Below, one piece after another: positions 17,545 to 27,468 of a DNA stretch of 64,000 nucleotides. The stretch's first letter is position 1. Each line of letters starts with the position of its first letter. Origin of the DNA: a virus (lineage: Duplodnaviria > Caudoviricetes); the IMG/VR virus record IMGVR_UViG_2974731481_000001, positions 1 to 64,000 of that record. One strand, 5' to 3'. A program made the translations under genes and the position numbers. The notes below the pieces were generated by a model. The model was given only the letters and a program-made list of their open reading frames with translations, was not told the DNA's origin and ran no database searches.

Positions 17545-18639
17545 ATGAATCTTAATATACCTACAAATCAGGGTGGTTCTGAGAATGTTCCTGAGGAGAA
17601 GCAAATAACTGCGGCACCTCATGATGAAAGTCTTGATAAAGAATATATAGACAAGCGTACTGTTACCATTAGTCTTGTTCATAACTATTCTAATTATCGT
17701 AAGGTAAATATGAAAGTTCTTGGACAGCGTAAGGAAACTATTGGTAGTTCTGTTTCATCTTGTCGAGTTCTTGCATCTCATAAGGGTGAAGTTGAAGCTT
17801 ATTTTCCTGCACTTATTGGTCTTTCTCCTAATAATCCTGATTTTATTACTCGTGTTAAAGCTTGGCTCAGTAATATTCAGTTTGTAATTAACGAAGAAGA
17901 TAAAAGTCTTAATACTACCTTTATTTGGAATAGGAAAAGTGATTATCTTGAGTTTAAAGCTAAAGAAGATGAAATTGATGAAGAGTATTCTCGTGTAGAC
18001 CGTGCTAACACTTCTGCAATTAAGGAAGCTGTTAAACGTCGTGTTGAAGCTCTTGATACTTTGGAGAGTCTTAAATATCAATATGGACATCCTCAGAATC
18101 TTGAAGAATATCTTATGTATCGTCATTGTCTTCTTTATCGTGATGTAGCAAAAGATATTGCTCTTATTAATTCCGATCCTAATCTTCGTTTCTATATTAA
18201 GGATGAAGCTAAGGAAGCAGAAAAGCAGAAGAAGCTGACAGAAGAGAAGATGAAAGCTATGCGTAACTTTATTGAACTTAATGCTAGTCCTAGCAAGTTT
18301 AATGCTGTATTTATAGCTATGATTGCTTCTCGTAATGAAAGTGTTTCTGAAGCTTTGCTTAAAGATAATAATGAAAAGACTACTATGCTTATGGACTATG
18401 TTAATAATGCTCCTGAGAAGTTTAATAAACTTTTTGGTGATAAGAATGTAGTTACTAAGGCATTTATTGAAACTTTGATTGTACGTGGTGAACTTGTACG
18501 AGCTGAGTTTAATCAACAGATTTCTACAGCTGATGGTATTTTTATTGGTAGCAATATGAATGAAGCAGTAGCTTATTTTAACAATCCTAACAATAAAGAT
18601 ATTAAGGCTGTTTACGAAAATAAACTGAAACTCTTTTAA
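17545..18639 (+). CDS. Conserved protein downstream of MCP
   Basis: 364-aa helical ORF in the capsid operon. Confidence 0.75.
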   Translation: MNLNIPTNQGGSENVPEEKQITAAPHDESLDKEYIDKRTVTISLVHNYSNYRKVNMKVLGQRKETIGSSVSSCRVLASHKGEVEAYFPALIGLSPNNPDFITRVKAWLSNIQFVINEEDKSLNTTFIWNRKSDYLEFKAKEDEIDEEYSRVDRANTSAIKEAVKRRVEALDTLESLKYQYGHPQNLEEYLMYRHCLLYRDVAKDIALINSDPNLRFYIKDEAKEAEKQKKLTEEKMKAMRNFIELNASPSKFNAVFIAMIASRNESVSEALLKDNNEKTTMLMDYVNNAPEKFNKLFGDKNVVTKAFIETLIVRGELVRAEFNQQISTADGIFIGSNMNEAVAYFNNPNNKDIKAVYENKLKLF

Positions 18640-18650
18640 TTGTTAAAGAT

Positions 18651-19511
18651 ATGACTATAGCTGAAATGCATGTTTGGTTTCGTCAGTATGCTCAACAAAT
18701 GGGTATGCAGAATGTTCGTGCTATTCTTCCTGAGCAGATCGATTTGCTTATCAATTCAAGCATTACAGATACTGTTAATCAAATAATTACTCAGAACATT
18801 GGTGTTACTAATGATAGAATAATTACTGATAATAGTAAAATAGGTCAAATCAACGCTCTTAGAAGTCTTTACAAAGTTAAGATTGTACAGGCTCTTCCTA
18901 TAACTGGTAGTGGTTCATCTGTTAGAGCTCCTTTTGTCAAAGGCGAAGAAACTCATATATTTAGGATGTATGCTGATATAAAGAACTTTGATCATGGTGG
19001 TTCTGGAAATACTGGTAAATTTGATTATTTATATTTAGTAGATTTATCTATTAATTATAGTAATCTTAGTGATTCTTCTGGTTCTCCTACTATTGTTACA
19101 AATTACTTTCCTGTACGTCTTATAGATGATGCATATCTTGCAGATACTCTTAATGACTTTATTCTTCGTCCTCGTCTTCGCACTCCAGTTGCAGTTATTT
19201 ATAATGACCAACTCGATATTTATATAGATAATCTAGAAAATTCACGGCTTCCTACAAATCTTAATCCTTATAGACTTCGTGTTAGTTATATTGCAAAGCC
19301 TGCTGTAGTTAAATATGCGTCTGATTTGGGTGGAATAGATATTGATTGTAATCTTCCAGAGTATATGCATGTTGACATTCTTAAACATGCTGTTGATTTG
19401 TATCGTATTGCTATTTCTGGTACTCTGAGTGCTAGTCAGCAAGCTGAACAAAACCAACAAAGAGAGAATACCCGAAATAATTACAGAAATGAGGGTAATC
19501 AACAACAATAA
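18651..19511 (+). CDS. Putative neck/ring (head-tail connector) protein
   Basis: N-terminal MTIAEMH..F and C-terminal C.LPE.MH.DI...AV pattern typical of crAss ring proteins (recalled, not searched). Confidence 0.55.
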   Translation: MTIAEMHVWFRQYAQQMGMQNVRAILPEQIDLLINSSITDTVNQIITQNIGVTNDRIITDNSKIGQINALRSLYKVKIVQALPITGSGSSVRAPFVKGEETHIFRMYADIKNFDHGGSGNTGKFDYLYLVDLSINYSNLSDSSGSPTIVTNYFPVRLIDDAYLADTLNDFILRPRLRTPVAVIYNDQLDIYIDNLENSRLPTNLNPYRLRVSYIAKPAVVKYASDLGGIDIDCNLPEYMHVDILKHAVDLYRIAISGTLSASQQAEQNQQRENTRNNYRNEGNQQQ

Positions 19512-19530
19512 ACTTATAATATAAATAGAT

Positions 19531-20409
19531 ATGAAACAACTTTTGATTGTAAGCAACACAACTCTTAATGGTGGTGCTGCAACTCCTAAAGATCTTAGTT
19601 CTATGGCTAAGGGTGCTATTGGTTTCTATCATCTCGATGACGATACTGCTTGGCTTAGTACTGCTGCTACTAAGAACTTTGCTATCGCTCTCGGTTATGG
19701 AACCAAGGCTAATGCTTTTGTTATTCCTGAAGTTGACTTTAGTTCTCTGACTCTTCAGAAAGCTACTAGTCAGGCTGCTGCTACTTTTACTGCTAAGGTA
19801 ACTATTAGTTCAGTAGCTGTTGGTAAGGAATATACAATTATGATTGTAAAGAAAGGTGTAGTTTTCCATGAACGTAATACTTGGACTGCAACTTCTCTTG
19901 CAAAGTCTACTACTGTAGCAGATGTAGCTGCTGATTTGGTTAAGCAGATTAATGCTAGTAAAGAAACTTCTGGTATGACTGCTTCTAATGAAGGTGGAGT
20001 TATTACTCTTACTGCTGCTCAGCCTGGTGTTGACTTTGAAATTGTTTGTGCTGATGAACTTACTGGTATAAAGCCAACAGCTGTAACTAATGGTATTGCT
20101 GCTATTCTTGATAAGGCTTATGTTGAGGATTTGGCTTCTCGTTGTGCTGCTGGTAAAGGTTTCAATTACACTGCTGAAGATGCTCATGAGATGTATCCTG
20201 GTTATCCTGAGGCTGTAGCTGATACCACTTACACTTTGTATACTCTTCGTTTCAAAGTAGGTCGTTCTGCAGCCAAACAACGTGATGAGCAAATATATCA
20301 AATAGTTCATATTGCCGTGCCATCAAGTGCAACAACCCTTATTGGTAATCTTGATACTATTCTTGGTGTAGGCACTACTCCTGCTCCTTCAGTAGAGGAC
20401 GGTGATTAA
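19531..20409 (+). CDS. Abundant structural protein (auxiliary capsid-like)
   Basis: 292 aa, Ala/Thr-rich, codon bias like MCP. Confidence 0.6.
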   Translation: MKQLLIVSNTTLNGGAATPKDLSSMAKGAIGFYHLDDDTAWLSTAATKNFAIALGYGTKANAFVIPEVDFSSLTLQKATSQAAATFTAKVTISSVAVGKEYTIMIVKKGVVFHERNTWTATSLAKSTTVADVAADLVKQINASKETSGMTASNEGGVITLTAAQPGVDFEIVCADELTGIKPTAVTNGIAAILDKAYVEDLASRCAAGKGFNYTAEDAHEMYPGYPEAVADTTYTLYTLRFKVGRSAAKQRDEQIYQIVHIAVPSSATTLIGNLDTILGVGTTPAPSVEDGD

Positions 20410-20426
20410 TCTTAAATAAACTACAG

Positions 20427-20478
20427 GTTCAAGTGACACGCTCTTCTACGGGCGTGCTGCTTGAACTCATTTTGTTTT
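20427..20478 (+). terminator. Hairpin/terminator with a degenerate TACGGG element at its apex
   Basis: GTTCAAGTGACACGCTC-TTCTAC-GGGCGTGCTGCTTGAAC followed by TCATTTTGTTTT. Confidence 0.6.
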
Positions 20479-20483
20479 AAGAT

Positions 20484-21107
20484 ATGAACGACTTACAGAC
20501 AGTTAATGAAATTATCAACACTGCTGTTAAGGACTCATCTTATACTACAGTTATTATTTCTTGTGGAGTATTTATTCTTTATACTCTTATTAACAAAGTG
20601 ATAGAACTGTATAAAGCTAAAAACAGAAATAAGCCAATGCTTGAAATGGCTTCTGCTATAAAACAAGTTAGTGAGAATGTAGTTAAACTTAATCAAGTTT
20701 TAGATAAAACTTTTCAAGATGCTGAAATAAAAGAAGCTAATAGAATAACTAATATTATTGCTGCTAGCTTTAACTCTTTTAAGTCTGAGATAATTACTAT
20801 AGCTATAGATATAATAGTTCATAATAATATTGAAGCTAATAGAGAATCAGTTAAACAATCTATTTATAGAACTGTTAGTACTGAATATTATAAAGTTTAT
20901 TCAATTTTTTCAGCATACGAACACGATAAAGTTAATGTTGCTACAAAATTAAAAGAAGAGTGGATTGACGCTGTGACTGAGGAGGTTCTTCAGATTATTT
21001 ATAACGGTCAAGATGCTACAGATAGAATCAGACAAATAAATAATAAACTTTCGATAGATACTGAAGAATATTCCATATATATAAACAATAAGGTTTTTAA
21101 TCATTAA
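20484..21107 (+). CDS. Single-TM coiled-coil membrane protein (holin candidate)
   Basis: TM segment TTVIISCGVFILYTLI followed by helical domain. Confidence 0.55.
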   Translation: MNDLQTVNEIINTAVKDSSYTTVIISCGVFILYTLINKVIELYKAKNRNKPMLEMASAIKQVSENVVKLNQVLDKTFQDAEIKEANRITNIIAASFNSFKSEIITIAIDIIVHNNIEANRESVKQSIYRTVSTEYYKVYSIFSAYEHDKVNVATKLKEEWIDAVTEEVLQIIYNGQDATDRIRQINNKLSIDTEEYSIYINNKVFNH

Positions 21108-21119
21108 TAAGATGTTCTT

Positions 21120-21353
21120 ATGTATAATGATGAACTTCGTAAAACTATCATAACTGACCTTGAGAGCAAAGAACTCAGTATTGTTAATACTGCTGTAGTT
21201 CTAGCCTCTCAAGGCTATGTTGTAAATCGAGCTAAGTATATTAAGCTTGATTGGGCAAGCATTATTCTTAATGCTTTTGAAAATATCAATGTGTTTAGTG
21301 AAAAACAACAACATAAAATAGAACTTCTTTATAATAAACTTTCTACGTTATGA
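21120..21353 (+). CDS. Hypothetical protein
   Basis: 77-aa ORF, ATGA-coupled to the next gene. Confidence 0.7.
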   Translation: MYNDELRKTIITDLESKELSIVNTAVVLASQGYVVNRAKYIKLDWASIILNAFENINVFSEKQQHKIELLYNKLSTL

Positions 21354-22111
21354 GTGAACTAATAAAAGTAGAACCAGAATATATTTATGTTACAGTTCCT
21401 GCTGAATATATTTGTGTTTATCATCGTATTCTTGCAATGATGGCAGATTACGGTGAAGAAATGTTGAAAGATTGTAAAGCTAGTTGTACTGATAAAAACA
21501 ACAACGTAATTGAATGTTTTAATATGTTTAATTCTGCTGTTGCTGCAAGAAAACTTGGTAAAGACAAATTAGCTAAAACTCTTATTAAGTATATTAAAGC
21601 TAAAATAAATCAGATTTATAAAGGTCTTGATAATTCTACAAGTTTTGTTTTTCCTATTGACGAAAATGGAGAAATTAAAGCATTTGTTAGTTGTGGTGAA
21701 CGACCTAAGTTTGAAATTAATCCTGATGACGGAATGCTTTATGAGCATAAGTTTAATAATGGTTTTGATGAACATTTTCATTTAGGTCCTGAAGATGAAT
21801 CTCCAGATGGTGATGAACCAGAACCTCCTACACAAGAAGTTGGACTTGTAGTTGAATTTATACCTTCTTATGAGAAAAATGAAGATGATACTTATTCTCC
21901 TTGTGGTGATCTTATAATTCGATATAATGGAAAATCTCTTGATCCTAATATAGTTAGTAAAGATTACTATTTTGACGATACTGAAATATCGAATTGGCAT
22001 GATGTTATTTTAACTGAAGCTGATATTAAAGTACATAATTTTAAAGTAGTAGTTGTATATAATGAAGAAATAAAAATTGCTAATGTTAATTTAATATTTA
22101 CAACAATATAA
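21350..22111 (+). CDS. Putative tail-fibre attachment/hub protein
   Basis: 253 aa, directly upstream of the fibre genes, Pro/acidic linker between two domains. Confidence 0.5.
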   Translation: MSELIKVEPEYIYVTVPAEYICVYHRILAMMADYGEEMLKDCKASCTDKNNNVIECFNMFNSAVAARKLGKDKLAKTLIKYIKAKINQIYKGLDNSTSFVFPIDENGEIKAFVSCGERPKFEINPDDGMLYEHKFNNGFDEHFHLGPEDESPDGDEPEPPTQEVGLVVEFIPSYEKNEDDTYSPCGDLIIRYNGKSLDPNIVSKDYYFDDTEISNWHDVILTEADIKVHNFKVVVVYNEEIKIANVNLIFTTI

Positions 22112-22115
22112 TAAT

Positions 22116-23522
22116 ATGGAATCAGTTATAGAAAAATTAGGTAAAGTTTCTGTTACTGTAGAAAAAGATTATCATAATTCTGAAAAAGAATATAATAAAC
22201 TTACTATAGTAGAAGAACAAGGAGCTTTTAAAACTTATATAAGTCGCAAGCCTGTACCTATTGGAATAGAACTTACTAATCGTGAATATTGGATTCCTTT
22301 TAGTGGTGTTCTTGAATCAATTACTTTTGATTATCTTAAATTTAAGCGTGATTATGCTTCAGGTAATGCGCTTGAAGACAATTCTATTATTACTCGTCAT
22401 ATTCTTGATAGAAATATAGAACGTATTAAGATTGCACTTAAAGCTATTTCTGAAGAAGAAATTAATGATGATGCAGTAATTGAACGTACTATTAAAGATA
22501 GAAATGTAACAAGCAATAAAATTGCTCAAGAAAATATTCTTACTGAACATTTTGCTAAGAAGTCAGTTGTTACTGCTATTCTTGCTGATTATGCGGTAAC
22601 TGCTATTAAATTAGCAGATAATTCTGTTACAACTCGCACTATAGTAAATGAAAATGTAACAGATACTAAATTAGCAAATGACGCTGTTACAACAAGAAGC
22701 ATAAGTAAAGAAAGTATTACTCAAGAAAAATTAGCAAATAATTCTATTGCTACTCGAAGTTTAATTGATGAAAATGTAACAAAAGAAAAATTGGCTATTA
22801 ATAGTGTTAGTGAATCTAAGATTGTTGATAAAAATGTAACTAATCGTAAAATTGCTGATAGCACTATTGAAATAGAAAAACTTTCTGCTACTTTACGTGA
22901 AACAATTAAAGCTGCTACAGGTGTTCCTGGAGATTTAGCTAATGATATTACGAAACTGATGCGTAAAGTATTTCCTCTTGAAGTTATAGTTAATATTACG
23001 CCTACTGCTCTTCAAGAAAAAGGTACTAGTACAGAAATTACTATTACTTGGAGTGCTAAAGTTGAAGGTGAAATTGTGAATCCAGCTAGTGTATTTGTCA
23101 ATGAACAAGATGTAACTGAACAAACTTCTTATAAAGAAACTGTTTCTGATAGTAAAAACTTTAATATAGAAATTACAGCAGAAGGTCGTGTAACATCTAT
23201 TACTAAAAGTATTACTTATGTTTATCCTATATTTACTGGATTTAATGCTGCTACAGAATTTACAGAAAGTTTACCAGATTCTCTTACTAAACTAGAATTA
23301 CGTTCTTCTCTTGGTATAATTACTGATACTAAAAGTAATACTAGTACTTCTAATTATTATTGGATTGTTAGTCCTTATAAAGTTAATAATGTAGTTACTA
23401 GTGGAATCAGTATTATTAATGATTTTATTTATACAACAGCAGAATATAAAGGAACTACTTATCATTGTTATAGATTAAATGCTCCTAGTTCTACTGATAC
23501 ATTTATATTTACAATATCTTAA
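22116..23522 (+). CDS. Tail fibre protein with 10-residue repeats
   Basis: Roughly 17 periodic repeats of type NSVTTRTIVN / ENVTDTKLAN (about 22370-22885), beta-rich C-terminal domain. Confidence 0.75.
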   Translation: MESVIEKLGKVSVTVEKDYHNSEKEYNKLTIVEEQGAFKTYISRKPVPIGIELTNREYWIPFSGVLESITFDYLKFKRDYASGNALEDNSIITRHILDRNIERIKIALKAISEEEINDDAVIERTIKDRNVTSNKIAQENILTEHFAKKSVVTAILADYAVTAIKLADNSVTTRTIVNENVTDTKLANDAVTTRSISKESITQEKLANNSIATRSLIDENVTKEKLAINSVSESKIVDKNVTNRKIADSTIEIEKLSATLRETIKAATGVPGDLANDITKLMRKVFPLEVIVNITPTALQEKGTSTEITITWSAKVEGEIVNPASVFVNEQDVTEQTSYKETVSDSKNFNIEITAEGRVTSITKSITYVYPIFTGFNAATEFTESLPDSLTKLELRSSLGIITDTKSNTSTSNYYWIVSPYKVNNVVTSGISIINDFIYTTAEYKGTTYHCYRLNAPSSTDTFIFTIS

Positions 23523-23534
23523 AGTTAATATATT

Positions 23535-25928
23535 ATGGCTAAAATTCCAATTATACTTGAAGCTGGTAGAGCTGATGGTAAATTAGCAACTTCTAATGCA
23601 ATATTTGATGAAAATAAAGGTATGTTTCAATCAGAACTTAATGATATTCAAGATACATTAAATTCTGATAATCCCAATAAACCTCTTTCTGCTAAACAAG
23701 GTAAAGTTCTTAAAGAATTACTTAATTCTAAAGTAATAGAAATAGGGGCTGTACCTATTGATACAGAACCTACTGAAGGTAATACAACTCATATAGTTAA
23801 TTCTGATGGTTTAGCTAAAGAATTTAATAAATGTAATACTACAATAATTGATACAAATAGAATTAAAGATGGTGCAGTAACATCAGAGAAAATTGCTACA
23901 AGCGCATTTGATGATACCCTTTCTGTAAGCGGAAAGATTGCTCCTTCTGATGTAGTTGGCGAAAAAATTACCGAGTTAGAATCAGATACAAATACTAAGA
24001 TTACCGAGTTGCGTCGAGATTTAGGTGAGGTTGAAGAGGAAATTTATGAATATTTAGAACAACCTTTAGTTAAAGATGGAACTTTGGAGCAAATGCTTAT
24101 TTTCAAAAATACTGGAGTAATTGGTCAGGCTTCAAACGCATCATATAAATTGGATTATTATCCTGTAAAAGCTGGTGACAAGATAATATACAATATTCGT
24201 GAATCTTTGTCAGTTTCATTTGCAGTGCTTGCTTTTAGTCAAGAAGTACCCGCTGCACTTGTTAAGACCACTGTTCTGGAAGTTGGAACTAATGCTATGA
24301 ATGAATACAGCAATTCTATTGTTATTGCACATGATGGATATCTGATACATTGTAATAGGCAGGTTGAATCTGTAAGTATTAATAAAGTAACTATTAACAA
24401 GAGCAATTCTATAGTCAAGGAGATGAAGGAAGATATTGTCAAGTTAGAGGATGATATGTTTGGCATTGAAGGTGCCGTATATATCAAAAAACTTGAAGAA
24501 GTATTGCCAACTAATAATTGGAAAACTCTTGACTCTCCTATTCCTGCTGGAATAATTACAAATATTACATTTAATGGAGGAACATTTGACAACCTCTTTG
24601 TTAGAGATACACAAAGCCAAACTATTACAATCACACCAGACAAATTACCCTATGTTGCAAAATATGATATAGTAAGTATATATGGATTGGTAGGTAAATG
24701 GTGTATTTATCGTGATAAAGAAAATGTTCCAACAAGACTTGACTCTGTAGAAAAAGATACAGTGGTACTTAAAGATGTAAGCGGTAATTACGAAACTGAT
24801 GCCAATCTTATTTATCATATTAAAGATGCTAAAAGTAAAACACTGTTTGCAATTTCTAATAAAGGAGAGGTTGTTATACCGAAGTTTGATAGTTACACGA
24901 AACATAGTATTGAGGATGTAGTTAAAGAAACTATTGATAAACAAGGTATTAATTCTAAGTTTATTAAAATGGTAAACTATTACATTCCTGGTATGACCAT
25001 AAATATGATAAAGGAAATTATAGACACAATGAGTTCTGTTAATTTAAATGTCTTTCAATTTCCTTTGCATAATGTTATCCTTGATGATATGACATTCAAT
25101 GCGAATGGAAGAGTTTATGATTTTTCTAATATAGAAATGGATACACCGATAACTCAGAATCAGTTTGAAGAACTTGTGAATTACGCAAGAGATAGAGGAG
25201 TTGAAATTCTGTGTGATAGTATAAGGGTGTTGACTCATGCGAATAGATTACTTGATTTGTTTCCAGAGTTAAGATATGGAAACAGTAGATATGACCTCAA
25301 TTTTTCTAATAAAGATGCAATCAATGTGGCTCTTGCCTATGTCGAAAAATATGCAAGTTTTGCATCTTCTATAGGATGTAGATATTTCCATCTTGATGGA
25401 GATGAATTTGGCATAGTACCATCCAATAATAGACCATATCCTGAAGGTTATAAATATCTTCATGATAGAGGAGAGTATGATTATATGTATTTAATCAACA
25501 AGTTGTCATTTATGCTAAAGAAATATAACATGACCTCTTTGATTTGGAATGACCCTGTATGTGTAAATGGTGTCAATTATCCAAGACTGAGCGATAATAT
25601 AATTATTGACTATTGGGAAAACGGTAATGGTATGGGTGGAAATCCTATTGGTCCAAAAATCATTGAAGATAACGGATATAAAATGATTAACTCTAAACAA
25701 GAGTTGTATTGGACTTATGCAGAGGGAGGACCAAAAACTACTCTTGATGTCATTGCAAACTACAATCCATATAAAATGGCAGGTGGACTTATTTGCAAAA
25801 ATGTTGTAGGGTGCAAAATGAATGTATGGGGTGATGGAGCAACTGCATCAGATGCCCGATACATACTGGACACCACATTACCACTTGTTAAAGCCTATGG
25901 AAATAGATTGTTGAATTTAAATTTATAA
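23535..25928 (+). CDS. Tail fibre / receptor-binding protein with C-terminal GH20-like hexosaminidase domain
   Basis: Fibre N-terminus (PLSAKQGKVLK, DGAVTSEKIA); C-terminus has ELVNYARDRGVEIL, YFHLDGDE (25389-25406), IWND, IDYW, GYKMINS, VVGCKMNVWGD in GH20 order. Confidence 0.75.
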   Translation: MAKIPIILEAGRADGKLATSNAIFDENKGMFQSELNDIQDTLNSDNPNKPLSAKQGKVLKELLNSKVIEIGAVPIDTEPTEGNTTHIVNSDGLAKEFNKCNTTIIDTNRIKDGAVTSEKIATSAFDDTLSVSGKIAPSDVVGEKITELESDTNTKITELRRDLGEVEEEIYEYLEQPLVKDGTLEQMLIFKNTGVIGQASNASYKLDYYPVKAGDKIIYNIRESLSVSFAVLAFSQEVPAALVKTTVLEVGTNAMNEYSNSIVIAHDGYLIHCNRQVESVSINKVTINKSNSIVKEMKEDIVKLEDDMFGIEGAVYIKKLEEVLPTNNWKTLDSPIPAGIITNITFNGGTFDNLFVRDTQSQTITITPDKLPYVAKYDIVSIYGLVGKWCIYRDKENVPTRLDSVEKDTVVLKDVSGNYETDANLIYHIKDAKSKTLFAISNKGEVVIPKFDSYTKHSIEDVVKETIDKQGINSKFIKMVNYYIPGMTINMIKEIIDTMSSVNLNVFQFPLHNVILDDMTFNANGRVYDFSNIEMDTPITQNQFEELVNYARDRGVEILCDSIRVLTHANRLLDLFPELRYGNSRYDLNFSNKDAINVALAYVEKYASFASSIGCRYFHLDGDEFGIVPSNNRPYPEGYKYLHDRGEYDYMYLINKLSFMLKKYNMTSLIWNDPVCVNGVNYPRLSDNIIIDYWENGNGMGGNPIGPKIIEDNGYKMINSKQELYWTYAEGGPKTTLDVIANYNPYKMAGGLICKNVVGCKMNVWGDGATASDARYILDTTLPLVKAYGNRLLNLNL

Positions 25929-25932
25929 AGAT

Positions 25933-26841
25933 ATGAGTAGTTGCTTAAATTTAAAATTAAAAGAAGAAGCGTCTGCTTCTTCACTTATTTATGGTTCGGT
26001 AAGAATGACTGCTGTAGGTAGCGGCTCGGGTGCGAGAAATGGCATTTATATAAATGCTAATAACTCATTTGTGAGAACATCATCTGAAACTACCAACGTC
26101 CAAGGTCTTACAAAAGTATTATTTGAACCTACGATAAATGAGATTGTAGAAATTGGCAATAACAATAATATTGTAGCAATAGAAAATGTCCCTACAGGAC
26201 AAACAGCTTTAATATCAGCAGACTTAAAAATAGATGTTGAAGATTTGACAAGTTCTATTAAAGACTTATTCAAGTATAATGAGTATATGCACAAAGTACA
26301 TTATTTGAATCAGTCATATTTCAAAGAATTAACAAGTCTTGAGGCTGTTGCAGGTTACAATCTTGATTTATCCGAAATTAAAAATAACAAGACAATAAAG
26401 ACTCTTGGAATAATTCCTGCTTTTGAGGGTCACAATGAGTACACCATTAAGGAAATTAGTGGATTAACTAATCTTGAATCCCTTAATATCAGTAATAGAT
26501 TATTAGGTGTGTTTGATACATATTTATATGGAAGTTTCAAAGATATAGGAAATCTTGTAAAATTGACAGACCTAAAAATTGAAAGTTGCAGAACCTTTAT
26601 ATATATGTCTCTTGAAGATATGCTTGAGGAAATGTATAGAAATGGAAGATTGTCTGGTAACCTTCATATTTCATTGAATAAACCTGCTCTTAACTATAAA
26701 GGGTTATCATATTCTGTCGGAACATTTACAAAGGAATTGGATGTAGAATTTAAATCCGAGTCTACATTTATAGTTGTTAAAGACCAAAATGGAGCTATTG
26801 AAGAAAGTTTCGATGGTGTATCTTGGTCACATGGGAATTAG
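25933..26841 (+). CDS. Leucine-rich-repeat-like protein accompanying the fibre module
   Basis: ISGLTNLESLNIS and IGNLVKLTDLKIE LRR-like units. Confidence 0.6.
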   Translation: MSSCLNLKLKEEASASSLIYGSVRMTAVGSGSGARNGIYINANNSFVRTSSETTNVQGLTKVLFEPTINEIVEIGNNNNIVAIENVPTGQTALISADLKIDVEDLTSSIKDLFKYNEYMHKVHYLNQSYFKELTSLEAVAGYNLDLSEIKNNKTIKTLGIIPAFEGHNEYTIKEISGLTNLESLNISNRLLGVFDTYLYGSFKDIGNLVKLTDLKIESCRTFIYMSLEDMLEEMYRNGRLSGNLHISLNKPALNYKGLSYSVGTFTKELDVEFKSESTFIVVKDQNGAIEESFDGVSWSHGN

Positions 26842-26892
26842 GAATTAGTAGAATAATTCGGTAAGTTTTTGAACAATGCTAAATAAAATATA

Positions 26893-27084
26893 ATAAGAAT
26901 TAGTAAGACTATCCCAAAACTGATTGAGAATATAGGCATGGATAAGATAACACATTTCTTTGCAGGAGCAACAATAGCATTATCAGTAACTTTGATACTG
27001 TGCTTTATAGGAAATATTTCCAATGTTATTCCATATTCTATCATAGGAACAAACGTTGCAGTTATTTGTAGTATAGTTAAATAA
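26893..27084 (+). pseudogene. Truncated membrane-protein remnant (DK..HF..G type)
   Basis: Reads ...KLIENIGMDKITHFFAGATIALSVTLILCFIGNISNVIPYSIIGTNVAVICSIVK*; short, no good upstream start. Confidence 0.4.
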
Positions 27085-27094
27085 AATTATAATT

Positions 27095-27257
27095 ATGACT
27101 CTAGAAGAATATAAACTTCTTATAGAAAATAATATAATGCTAAAACAAATTTTTAGCTTATATTGCATCAAGAGATAGTCCTAATACTGATTTTAAAGAA
27201 TTTGCAATTAACGTAGTTATTAATTTTATATCAAATAATACTGATGGACTTAAATAA
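27095..27257 (+). pseudogene. Small gene apparently broken by a +1 frameshift in a T5 run
   Basis: Removing one T at 27150-27154 gives MTLEEYKLLIENNIMLKQILAYIASRDSPNTDFKEFAINVVINFISNNTDGLK*. Confidence 0.45.
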
Positions 27258-27277
27258 TGTTAAAATATTATTTATCT

Positions 27278-27309
27278 TTTGATAATAATGATTCTAATAT
27301 TTATATTTG
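27278..27309 (+). promoter_or_regulatory. Bacteroidota primary-sigma promoter
   Basis: TTTG (27278-27281), 20-nt spacer, TATATTTG (27302-27309). Confidence 0.75.
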
Positions 27310-27321
27310 CAAATAATTCTA

Positions 27322-27468
27322 ATGATGGAAGATATGTTTAAAACTCGTAAAAGTCTTGCTACGACTAAAGGTAAAGATACTTCTCATAGAGCTAAGCCTC
27401 TTGTAGCAGGAGCTGGTTATATGGGTGGACGAAAACCTTATCAAAATGGTAGAAAAGTCAGTAAATAA
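27322..27468 (+). CDS. 48-aa basic protein (below the ORF-track cutoff)
   Basis: MMEDMFKTRKSLATTKGKDTSHRAKPLVAGAGYMGGRKPYQNGRKVSK*, directly after the promoter, typical codon usage. Confidence 0.6.
   Translation: MMEDMFKTRKSLATTKGKDTSHRAKPLVAGAGYMGGRKPYQNGRKVSK

Noticed and set aside
22116-26841. Diversity-generating retroelement acting on the fibres
   Set aside because: No reverse transcriptase and no template/variable repeat pair differing at adenines was seen.
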